The position numbers were made by a program, and so were the translations under genes. Below are positions 19,062-27,780 of a stretch of 50,173 nucleotides of DNA, in pieces. Below the pieces are notes generated by a model that searched no databases, had not been told where the DNA came from, and worked only from the letters and a program-made list of their open reading frames with translations. Source of the stretch: a virus (Duplodnaviria; Caudoviricetes); IMG/VR virus record IMGVR_UViG_3300044806_000097, positions 1-50,173 of that record, one strand, 5' to 3'. Numbering within the stretch: the stretch's first letter is position 1; each line of letters begins with the position of its first letter.

Positions 19062-20150
19062 ATGGATGATATGAACTACGTCGTTGGCCGGGGCCGACTG
19101 TTCTTCGGGCAGTTCCGTACCGGTACGCGCACTCCCCGTGGCCAGCTTTACTTCGGCAACACCCCGTCGCTTTCGCTGTCTCAGTCGGAAGACACACTCG
19201 ACCACTACTCAAGCGAGGGTGGCGTTCGGGTCAAGGACGCCAGCGTCTCGCTCCAGAACGACTCGAGCGGTTCGTTCCAGTGCGATAATATCTCGCTGCC
19301 GAACCTGGCGCTGTGGTTCCGGGGCTACCAGACCACCAATGTCGAAGCGGGCAGCGGCTACGCCACCGGCACCATCACCTTCTCTACCGCTGTCCCTGTA
19401 GACGGCGACAAGGTGACTATCGGCGGTCAGGACATCACGTTTGTCGATGCCGATCCGAGTGGTATGGAAGTCCTCATCGCGGCGACCATCGCCGAACAGG
19501 CTACGGCACTCGCCAACTTCGTCAATGACATGACATCAACCCTCGCGGTCACCGCTACGGTTGCTGCCGCAGTTGTCACGCTGACAGCGAACGCACCCGG
19601 CGCGGCAGGCAATGCCATCACGCTCACGAAGACCTTCACGACCGGCGCTAACTGCACCGTGTCCGGGGCGACGCTTGCGGGGGGCACCGATGCCACGGAA
19701 ACGCTCAGCAATGTCGAACGTGGACGCTGGTATCAGCTTGGCGTAGACACCGGCCTGCCTCAGGGCGTTCGCCGGATCGGGACCGTAACTATCACGGGTG
19801 TCTCGGCCGACAGCTTCGTGATCGACGCGGATGCGGGTCGCATCTACATCAACGAGGACGCACTAGACATCGTTGATGGCGACGACCTCGCGGTGTCCTA
19901 CGGCCTCAAGGCTGGTGTCGATGATGTCGTGATCTCGCGCACCGACACCATTGAAGGTGAGATGGTCTTCATCGCCAACAACGCGGCAGGTTCGAACGAC
20001 GATTACTTCTGGCCGTATGTCAAGATGATGCCGGACGGCGACTTCGGCCTGAAGGGCGACGAATGGATCAACATCACCTTCAAGTTCGAAGTGCTGAAGC
20101 GCGATGCACTGGTCGAGCGCCAGTACATCACACGCCGCCGCGCTGCTTGA
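19062..20150 (+). CDS. Major tail (tube) protein with an inserted domain of about 111 aa
   Basis: NYVVGRGRLFF, YFGNTP, LDHYSS, PDGDFGLKGDEW motifs typical of Chi-like tail tubes. Confidence 0.88.
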   Translation: MDDMNYVVGRGRLFFGQFRTGTRTPRGQLYFGNTPSLSLSQSEDTLDHYSSEGGVRVKDASVSLQNDSSGSFQCDNISLPNLALWFRGYQTTNVEAGSGYATGTITFSTAVPVDGDKVTIGGQDITFVDADPSGMEVLIAATIAEQATALANFVNDMTSTLAVTATVAAAVVTLTANAPGAAGNAITLTKTFTTGANCTVSGATLAGGTDATETLSNVERGRWYQLGVDTGLPQGVRRIGTVTITGVSADSFVIDADAGRIYINEDALDIVDGDDLAVSYGLKAGVDDVVISRTDTIEGEMVFIANNAAGSNDDYFWPYVKMMPDGDFGLKGDEWINITFKFEVLKRDALVERQYITRRRAA

Positions 20151-20177
20151 TCTCACTCAGGCTTTCGGGCATAAGAG

Positions 20178-20209
20178 AGGGCGGTGATCTTCGGGTCGCC
20201 GCCCTTTTT
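20178..20209 (+). terminator. Rho-independent terminator
   Basis: AGGGCGGTGATC-TTCG-GGTCGCCGCCCT-TTTT. Confidence 0.85.
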
Positions 20210-20226
20210 GCTATAGCGAGGATAGT

Positions 20227-20712
20227 ATGACTTGGACCGACTATAAGATTCCGACAGTGATGATCGACACAGGCGACGGCGCGGAGCGACCGGTTCGCGG
20301 TCTTTCGCTTGACGACATGAGCTTGCTGGTGGTCAACAACCTGGACGCAATGATGGAGATAACCACGCTCTACATCCAGTCTCAGAAGGACGTGCTCGCC
20401 GTCACGAACATGACGGACCTCCTTACCGTGGCTGTCCGGCAGTTCCCCGACTTCGTGTCGGAAGTTATTTCCGTGGTTACTGACACGCCGGAGCTTCGCG
20501 GTATGCGGCTTCCGGCAGGACTTCAGTTGAAGGTTTTGGCAGGAGCGTTGAAGCTGACGCTGGAAGATGCAGGTGGCATGGGAAACCTTTCAGCGATGCT
20601 TCAAGACGCCGTAAAGGCCGCCGTGGCGGGACGCGGGGAAGTGTCGCAGAAGTTACAGGACATCCTCTCGCAATCTTCTACTTCGGGTGCAGGGAAGACG
20701 CGAACTTCCTGA
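20227..20712 (+). CDS. Tail assembly chaperone (gpG-like)
   Basis: Between tail tube and tape measure genes; VRGLSLDD motif; slippery G GGA AAC at 20580-20586. Confidence 0.85.
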   Translation: MTWTDYKIPTVMIDTGDGAERPVRGLSLDDMSLLVVNNLDAMMEITTLYIQSQKDVLAVTNMTDLLTVAVRQFPDFVSEVISVVTDTPELRGMRLPAGLQLKVLAGALKLTLEDAGGMGNLSAMLQDAVKAAVAGRGEVSQKLQDILSQSSTSGAGKTRTS

Positions 20713-20909
20713 TTGCCGAAGGACACATCCATGCAAGCCGATACCCACTTGGCAAGCTCTGGACGGAGAAGGAGATAACGAAACGCAGAGTGGACCATGC
20801 GATAGCGAACCAAGCCTCCGTGGATAAAGCGGCACAGGCTTCGGTTCATGGAGGTAAAGAAGGTCATAGCCTGTTCAAATCGGTGATTGAGCGACTGACC
20901 GGGAATTAG
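20580..20909 (+). CDS. gpT-like extension of the chaperone made by -1 programmed frameshift (gpGT)
   Basis: The -1 frame after GGGAAAC is open to TAG at 20907-20909 (...FLIAEGHIHASRYPLGKLW...); absent from the ORF track. Confidence 0.8.
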   Translation, partial: GKPFSDASRRRKGRRGGTRGSVAEVTGHPLAIFYFGCREDANFLIAEGHIHASRYPLGKLWTEKEITKRRVDHAIANQASVDKAAQASVHGGKEGHSLFKSVIERLTGN

Positions 20910-20920
20910 GGAACGAGAGA

Positions 20921-23900
20921 ATGGCGGCTCTGTCAAAGCGCGATATTGAGATGATCTTTCGGGCGGAGACGGATGCCGCCCAACGACCAGTCAACGCGCT
21001 CAGTGCTGACGTAAAGAAGCTGCGTCAGACGCTCGAAGACCTGACCAAGGGTGTAGGCAAGACCGACGCGAGCCTTGAGTCGCTCGCCGCCACCACGCAC
21101 GAACTGGAGAAGGCGCAGCAGGAGCTTGGTAACGCTCGCACCCTGCTTACCCAACTCAACGCACAGCAGACCGCGTTGGACAGGGCTGAGGCCGCCGCCG
21201 ATAAGTCGGTCAAGAAGTACAACGAACTGAAGAGTACGATTGACGGGGCGGAGAAGCCTACCAAGCGCATGACGGCTTCGCTGGCGGCGGCCGAGCGGGG
21301 GATGCAAGCCAATAACGCCCGTGTCGAAGAAGCGCGCAAGAACTACCAGGAAGTCAAAGGTAGCATCGAGTCCATCATAGGGCCGGTCGATAGCCTGCAA
21401 GGCGCTTTCCGGACTGTCGCCGTGGCGCAGCGTGACATCACGCAGGGCCTCGCCGCCGCGAAAGGCTCCGTGTCTGCGTTCAAGACTGAGATTGCTGATA
21501 CCAAGGTCGAAGCTGACCGTCTTGCGCAGGTTGACGCATTCCGGAAGATCGCGGCAGACTTCATAGCAGTAGACTCGGCCGCCGTGAGGGTGAAGGCCGG
21601 TCTCGATGGGGGCACGACCGCAGCCGTCCGGCTGGCTGACGCGATCCACGGCATAGTCAACCCGGCGCGGGCGACGGCAGACACCTTGGACGGTGTAGAC
21701 GCCCGACTGAAGGCAGTCACCGACAAGATGGCCGGTGGCAAGATCAGCGTGAACGAATGGAACCACCTCAACAACGAGCTTGAGGGCGTGCAGGCGAGCC
21801 TTATCCGGGTCTCGGCTGAAGTGGACAAGTTCACGGCGCAGCAGTCCCGCGTGGACGCCGCCGCGTCGGCTTATGACTTGCAGGCCAAGAAGGTCCGTGA
21901 ACTCGCACAGGCGGAGATCACCGCGAGCACAGACGTTCAGGCGCTGACGGCCAGTATCCAGCGAGAAGAGACGGCACTGATCGGTCTCGGTGACGTGCTC
22001 GACCGCGAGACCGCCAAGCTCAATGCCTTCGGCGGCTCTTTGAAGAAAGCTGGAATCGATTCCGGCAACCTCCCTGCCGCCGTTCAGCGGATAGAGTCCA
22101 CCGCGACCCGTGCGGCACCCGCGATCAAGAAGGTCGCAGACGCCATCACGCCGGGAGGGAAGAAAGGGTTCCTCGGGCTCGACGCCTTCCAGATTCAAAA
22201 CCTAAGCTTTCAGGTGAACGACGTATTTACGTCTCTCGCTTCTGGAATCTCGCCCATGCAGACCCTCGCTCAACAGGGCGGGCAGATAATCCAGATTTTC
22301 CCCGGTCTCCTCTCCGGCTTTGTCGCGTGGCTCCCCCTGATTGCGCCGATAGGGGCCGCGCTGTTTGTGCTCAGCAGCGCCCTTAGCGAGGCTAACACCC
22401 AACTTGAAACCATGCGGACGGCGAGCACGGTTCTCACCGCACTCGGCAATACCAACGGTTACGACACCAAGAAGTTCCAGCAGATCGTGGAGGACTTCCG
22501 CAATATCGGTGTGTCGGCTGAGGACGCTCTGACCGCCACCAAGATATTCGTGACGGAAGGCCTCAACCCTGCCGCCGTAGATGACTTCGTTATCGCGGCG
22601 AAGAACCTGGCCGACGTGCAGGGGATCGACCTCAAGACTGCTACTGAAGACCTGACCAAGGCCTTCACGGGTGGCGCGACCGAAGTGCTGGCGCTCGACG
22701 ACAAGTACCACTTCCTGACGGATACTCAGCGGGACAACATCGCCGCGTCGAAAGATACCAAGCGCGAGCACGACGAAGTCCGCAAGGCGTTCACCCAACT
22801 CTACAACAAAATGCAGGAGGGCGCGAACCAAGCCCGTGGCCCGATGACGGACGCCACTAATACCCTCCGCAACGCTTGGAAAGGACTACTCCAGACGTTC
22901 GCAGAAACGGGCGTCATCGACTATGCCAAGACTGCCATCGCGAATTTGGTGACGGGGTTCGCGTACCTCATCAACGTGGCCAAGCGCGCCGCAGGTTTGT
23001 TCAAAGGGGTAGGATCGGCGCTCGCCTCGGGCGGACCGGCTGGTATCTTGCTCGCGGGGGCGCAACTCGGTAGCAACATAGCCACACAGGAGAACATCTT
23101 CTCCGGCGCGATACAAGACACGTTCCGTCAAAAGCAAGAAGCTAACGCAGCGTCCAATCGCGCCATGTCTATGGGCAACGCCGATCCGGGCCTTGGCTCC
23201 CGTGGGCGGCAACGCGACCGAGAAGCCGACGCAGCTAAAGCACGCAAGGACGCAGAGCGGGATCGCAAGAAAGGAGCGCGAGAGGCTGAGGCTGAGGCGA
23301 AGCGCCGACTCGCTGAGGCGAAGCGACTGGCTAAGGAGTACGCCAACGAGCAGGACCAGCTTTCGTCCGCACTATCCCGCTTCACCGTCGAGGCGATGCG
23401 CAACCAGCAGGCTCCGTTGGAGCAGCAATTGTCTTTGGCGAAGTCGGCGGTCGAGGAGCAGTTCAAGGCGCTGGAAGACCGCCTCTCCGAGTTCAAGGCC
23501 AAGTTCGGTCCCGACGCCAAGATAAATGGCATGTCGCAGGCGGAGTACGCGGCAGCACTTGAGCAGCAGAAGCAGCAAATCATTCTGGCGAAGCAGCTTG
23601 GCGTCTACGAGTCGAACGTCAACGACCTCCTGAAGTCCCGCGACGCCCGACTGAAGGCGATAAAAGAACAGCAAGACGCCGGTTTGCTATCGGCGCAACA
23701 AGCCTTGGACAAGACCAAGGAAGTTACTTCCACGATGGGGCCACAGATCGACGCGGCCATCGCATCGGCGCGTGCGTTCATCGCGTCGTTGAAGCCGAGC
23801 GCGGAGACATCGGCGCTCCTGGACAAGTTCGCACTCATACAGTCACAGGGTAGCGGCCCTCAGTCGAACCAGACCGTTGTACGCGGTGCTGCGAAGGCCG

Positions 23901-24787
23901 GACTGTCCTCAGAAGAGCAGGCGGTCAACGACATATTCGCTCAGCGCGCGGCCCTGATTGACGCCGCCAACAAGCTGTACGATCTCGGGGTGATAAGTTT
24001 CGACGAGAAGGACAGGCGGGTAAAGGCGGCCTACGAATCGACTGATGGGGCGCTCCGCAAACAAATAGAGTCCATGCGGGCGTTCCTTGAGGCCAACAGG
24101 GAACTGTTCCCGCCTGAGGTCTACCAGCGAGCGATAGCGCAACTGGCCGAGTATGACACCAAGCTCCAGTACACGTCTGAGTTGCACAAGCAACTGAAGA
24201 AGACGGCCGAAGACTCCATAGTGAACGGCATTATGGGCATGTTCGACTCCTTGGCTCAAGGGATCGCCAACGTCATAACAGGTGCCGGATCGCTCGGCGA
24301 CGTGCTGTCCGGATTGGGTCGAGCGGCGCTGTCGTTCGCCGCTGACTTCCTGAAGGCGGTTGCTCAAGCCATCATCCAGATATACGCGTTGAAGGCGGCG
24401 AAAGCCATCATCGGTGCGTTCCACGGCGGCGGTGTTGTTGGCGACTACGGCGGCGGCCAAATGACGCTGTCTCGTGGCGTAGGGCTAGGCGCTGTCAGCT
24501 TGGCGGGCGTGCCGCGATACCACAACGGGACAGACGGTGCGGGCCTGAAGTCGAACGAGATGTTGGCCGTGCTGGAGAAGGGTGAGCGCGTCCAGACGAA
24601 AGAGCAGCAGCGGTCAGAGAAGCGGCGCTTGGAGCGGGCCAAGAGCCAGTCCGGTGGCGGGCTTCGTCAGGTGCTCGCCTTCGGTGATGACCAGGTTGCC
24701 GCTGCTATGGCCGGTGGCTCCGGAGAAGAGGTGACTGTCACGCACATCCGGCGTAACATCCCCTTGATCAAGCAACTGTTGAAGTGA
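20921..24787 (+). CDS. Tape measure protein
   Basis: 1288 aa, Ala-rich and helical; NLSFQVNDVFTSLASG...QQGGQI motif; C-terminal FHGGG/RYHNG. Confidence 0.95.
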   Translation: MAALSKRDIEMIFRAETDAAQRPVNALSADVKKLRQTLEDLTKGVGKTDASLESLAATTHELEKAQQELGNARTLLTQLNAQQTALDRAEAAADKSVKKYNELKSTIDGAEKPTKRMTASLAAAERGMQANNARVEEARKNYQEVKGSIESIIGPVDSLQGAFRTVAVAQRDITQGLAAAKGSVSAFKTEIADTKVEADRLAQVDAFRKIAADFIAVDSAAVRVKAGLDGGTTAAVRLADAIHGIVNPARATADTLDGVDARLKAVTDKMAGGKISVNEWNHLNNELEGVQASLIRVSAEVDKFTAQQSRVDAAASAYDLQAKKVRELAQAEITASTDVQALTASIQREETALIGLGDVLDRETAKLNAFGGSLKKAGIDSGNLPAAVQRIESTATRAAPAIKKVADAITPGGKKGFLGLDAFQIQNLSFQVNDVFTSLASGISPMQTLAQQGGQIIQIFPGLLSGFVAWLPLIAPIGAALFVLSSALSEANTQLETMRTASTVLTALGNTNGYDTKKFQQIVEDFRNIGVSAEDALTATKIFVTEGLNPAAVDDFVIAAKNLADVQGIDLKTATEDLTKAFTGGATEVLALDDKYHFLTDTQRDNIAASKDTKREHDEVRKAFTQLYNKMQEGANQARGPMTDATNTLRNAWKGLLQTFAETGVIDYAKTAIANLVTGFAYLINVAKRAAGLFKGVGSALASGGPAGILLAGAQLGSNIATQENIFSGAIQDTFRQKQEANAASNRAMSMGNADPGLGSRGRQRDREADAAKARKDAERDRKKGAREAEAEAKRRLAEAKRLAKEYANEQDQLSSALSRFTVEAMRNQQAPLEQQLSLAKSAVEEQFKALEDRLSEFKAKFGPDAKINGMSQAEYAAALEQQKQQIILAKQLGVYESNVNDLLKSRDARLKAIKEQQDAGLLSAQQALDKTKEVTSTMGPQIDAAIASARAFIASLKPSAETSALLDKFALIQSQGSGPQSNQTVVRGAAKAGLSSEEQAVNDIFAQRAALIDAANKLYDLGVISFDEKDRRVKAAYESTDGALRKQIESMRAFLEANRELFPPEVYQRAIAQLAEYDTKLQYTSELHKQLKKTAEDSIVNGIMGMFDSLAQGIANVITGAGSLGDVLSGLGRAALSFAADFLKAVAQAIIQIYALKAAKAIIGAFHGGGVVGDYGGGQMTLSRGVGLGAVSLAGVPRYHNGTDGAGLKSNEMLAVLEKGERVQTKEQQRSEKRRLERAKSQSGGGLRQVLAFGDDQVAAAMAGGSGEEVTVTHIRRNIPLIKQLLK

Positions 24788-24799
24788 GAGACAAAGACT

Positions 24800-26500
24800 G
24801 TGAGCCTGGACCTTCTCGACCTCCCTGTGTGGACCATCCCGCCTAATTGGAAAGACGGCGTGCTGGAGCGACTGGAGTGGCTTTCAGACGTGATGATTGC
24901 TCGCAACGGGGCTGAGCAGCGCCGCGCCCTTCGGCTGTCTCCTAGGCGGAGCTTCGAGGTCACGGTCAATCCGGTGAAAGGCGCACGGACCTTCACGGAA
25001 CTCTACCTGCACCGCATGGTCTCTTTTGAGTTGCTGTTCCCCCTGTGGCACGACGCAGCCGCATTGGACGCAGACGCGAGTGATGGATCGTCCGCACTGT
25101 CGTTCGACAATACCTTCCGCGAGCACGAGCCGGGACAGTGCGCCTTGCTGTTCAAGGACGCCTTCACGTGGGAAGCAGTGCATGTAGAAAGCATGGCGGA
25201 TGACGGGCTCACGCTGACGAACCCGTTGGCTTATGCTTGGCCGACCGGGACGAAGGTGTTTCCACTGCGTCCGGCGCGACTGGCCGCTGAGAGCAATTTC
25301 ACCGCACTGACCTCGCGGGTAGGGCAGGCGCAATTGCTGTTCTCCCTTACCCGCCAGAACGACTACGTGGCTGAGACGGTATTTGATGAGGTCTTCGATG
25401 GAAGGCCGGTGTTCCCTATCGACTTGGACCGGGGCGACGGAGTCGACCTCACGTTCCAACGCCTGTTGACGGAGTTCGATAACGCTACCGGCTCGCGGTA
25501 CGTCCGCGACATCCCTGGCAGGTCGTTCACCACGCAAGCCGTGCGGTGGCAGGCGAAGGGCCGCGAGGAGCATCACAAGACCCGTGCTTTGCTCTACTAC
25601 CTACAGGGGCGGGTCAAGACAGTCTGGCTCCCTACCTACAACGAAGACGTAGAGGTGGCTGTTGCAGCGGTATCGACGGACAACACCATAGACATACGCA
25701 AGATCGGATACGCCTACACCGGGGGTGCGCTGTCCGGTAGGAAGTTACTTCGCTTTGACGAAGGGTTCTTCGCCCAAGTGGACGGTGTAGCTCCGGCTCC
25801 AGACCCGCAGAACGAGACCCTGGCTCTCGCCGACCCTCTAGGTGCGGACCTCCTTGTCGGCGCTACGGGCAGTTTCGTGGATGTCGCGCGGCTGGACCAA
25901 GACGTGATCGAGATACAGCACCACACCGACACGAACGGAGTGTGCGAAGTGTCGTTGGCTCTGCGTTCGTTCGCCGACTCGCGTGACCCGTCTGGCGCGA
26001 TAGAGAATCCGGTTCCGTCCGCCGAAATGGGCACAGAACCCTGCGGCGAAGATGGCGAGTGGAGTCCGACTTTCGAAGGTTGGTACTTCGCGATGAAGAT
26101 GGTCTACAACGATACCGGCGATCCTGAGGTTGGGTATCCGCCCTACCACGGCTTCTGGCGGTTCTATTGGGAGCACGGCGTAGAAGATGACATGACCGCC
26201 GTTATCCAGGACGACCCCCCTGGACAGGACCCCAACATGGAAGACGTTCGCATATTCAGCGATGTTGAGATCGCGGATATGCCTGCACGCGGCGCGGAGA
26301 TTCGGTTCTTTGAGTCCCACGGGATCGTGCCTTTGGAGTGGAGCCGGTTCATTACCTTGTACTACAAGCACTGGACTGATAGGGAGTGGCTGACAGTCGC
26401 ACTGGATGATACATACGGCGGCGACACTGACCGGATCACACTGCCCAACATCATCCGCTACGACGGTGTATTTGACCACGGATACAGGTTCTTCACATGA
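24800..26500 (+). CDS. Distal tail/virion structural protein
   Basis: PNW..GV.ERLEWLSDV...GAEQRRALR..PRR motif; position after the tape measure gene. Confidence 0.75.
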   Translation: MSLDLLDLPVWTIPPNWKDGVLERLEWLSDVMIARNGAEQRRALRLSPRRSFEVTVNPVKGARTFTELYLHRMVSFELLFPLWHDAAALDADASDGSSALSFDNTFREHEPGQCALLFKDAFTWEAVHVESMADDGLTLTNPLAYAWPTGTKVFPLRPARLAAESNFTALTSRVGQAQLLFSLTRQNDYVAETVFDEVFDGRPVFPIDLDRGDGVDLTFQRLLTEFDNATGSRYVRDIPGRSFTTQAVRWQAKGREEHHKTRALLYYLQGRVKTVWLPTYNEDVEVAVAAVSTDNTIDIRKIGYAYTGGALSGRKLLRFDEGFFAQVDGVAPAPDPQNETLALADPLGADLLVGATGSFVDVARLDQDVIEIQHHTDTNGVCEVSLALRSFADSRDPSGAIENPVPSAEMGTEPCGEDGEWSPTFEGWYFAMKMVYNDTGDPEVGYPPYHGFWRFYWEHGVEDDMTAVIQDDPPGQDPNMEDVRIFSDVEIADMPARGAEIRFFESHGIVPLEWSRFITLYYKHWTDREWLTVALDDTYGGDTDRITLPNIIRYDGVFDHGYRFFT

Positions 26501-27333
26501 CCTACTCAAGCTTGGAGATCAGTAACGACAGCGGGAAGCCGGTGGGCCTGTACAAGTTCCAATGGGGCAACACGATATGGCGTTACACGTCCGCCGACAG
26601 AGACATCACGGGCGTGAGTGAAGGTGGCGTAGAGACGTTCACTTACACCTCCGTAGCCATCTCAGACAACGGAGTCGCACAAGGTGGCGGGCAGGAGAGC
26701 GACTTCACTGTACGAATGCAAAGCGACCTGCCGCTGCCCGTGCTGTTCCGGGGGACTCCGCCGAGCGCCGAGATACTGTTGACGTGCCGCCACAAGCACG
26801 CGGACGACGACGACGCACCCGTCTTCTGGACGGGCACAGTAGGCAACGTAAAGACACTGGACGACGTTTCGGCGTCAGTGGTGTGCCGGACCTTAGGCGC
26901 TTCATTGAAACGGACGGGACTGCGGCTGGCATGGGGGCGTCCGTGCCCGCACGCATTGTACGACAGAGGATGCCGCGTAGACCCGGCCCTTTTCGCGGTC
27001 CCCGGCGTTGTTACTGCCAAAGACGGGACCACCATAACCGTCAGCGGTGCCGCTGCGGCGACGCCGGGTATCTACCTTGGAGGCTTCGTCACGTGGGAAG
27101 TCAACGGCGATGGGACCTTGGAGCGACGCGGGATCGAGGCTACCGCCGACGGTGGGGTCTTCACGCTCTACGGCCGCGCGGATAGGATCGAAGTAGGTTA
27201 CGACGTGATCATGAACCGGGGTTGTGACCACACGTCACTGGTGTGCGAGACGGACTTCGATAACCTGGCTAACAATGGGGGTTTCGACTTCCTGCCCAAC
27301 AAGTCGCCGTTCGACGGCACACCAGTGTTCTGA
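26497..27333 (+). CDS. DUF2163/BR0599-family tail tip protein (gpL-like, Cys cluster)
   Basis: WRYTSAD, CPHALYDRGC, GCDH...C...FDNLANNGGF. Confidence 0.85.
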   Translation: MTYSSLEISNDSGKPVGLYKFQWGNTIWRYTSADRDITGVSEGGVETFTYTSVAISDNGVAQGGGQESDFTVRMQSDLPLPVLFRGTPPSAEILLTCRHKHADDDDAPVFWTGTVGNVKTLDDVSASVVCRTLGASLKRTGLRLAWGRPCPHALYDRGCRVDPALFAVPGVVTAKDGTTITVSGAAAATPGIYLGGFVTWEVNGDGTLERRGIEATADGGVFTLYGRADRIEVGYDVIMNRGCDHTSLVCETDFDNLANNGGFDFLPNKSPFDGTPVF

Positions 27334-27346
27334 AGGATAACCCGCG

Positions 27347-27580
27347 ATGCCCGCTATTCTCTGGTCTCTGTTCCTCATGGTGGCGAGCTACGTCATCCAG
27401 TCTATCTTGGTGAAGCCCAACGTAGTGGAGGCGGCTACCCTCGCGGAGTTCGACTTCCCTCAGTTCGAAGACGGCACCCCGAACGCGGTGCTGTTCGGCG
27501 ACGGCTGGACGAATAGCTGGATGGTCTTATGGTACGGGAACTTCTCAACCATCAAGATCAAGGCTGGAGGAAAGAAGTGA
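27347..27580 (+). CDS. Small tail assembly protein
   Basis: Hydrophobic N-terminus; FDFPQ.EDGTP..VLFGD motif. Confidence 0.75.
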   Translation: MPAILWSLFLMVASYVIQSILVKPNVVEAATLAEFDFPQFEDGTPNAVLFGDGWTNSWMVLWYGNFSTIKIKAGGKK

Positions 27581-27780
27581 CCGATACCGTGCTCGTCAAA
27601 ATGCGTCATATCCGGCAGGCCGGTATATGCCGGAGCGGACTCCGCGAGGGGGCGTCGCGGCTCGGTATTGACGTGCGCAGGCTGAAAGATGGAGTTCCTG
27701 TGTCCGAGTTTGAAGGACGTGGCGACCTCTTCGCCGAGAAGGTAGCAGCACGGGCGCGGGAGGAGCACGATGGGCGGTAA
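27577..27780 (+). CDS. Small tail assembly protein
   Basis: GTG overlaps the previous stop; HIRQAGICRSGLR motif. Confidence 0.7.
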   Translation: MTDTVLVKMRHIRQAGICRSGLREGASRLGIDVRRLKDGVPVSEFEGRGDLFAEKVAARAREEHDGR

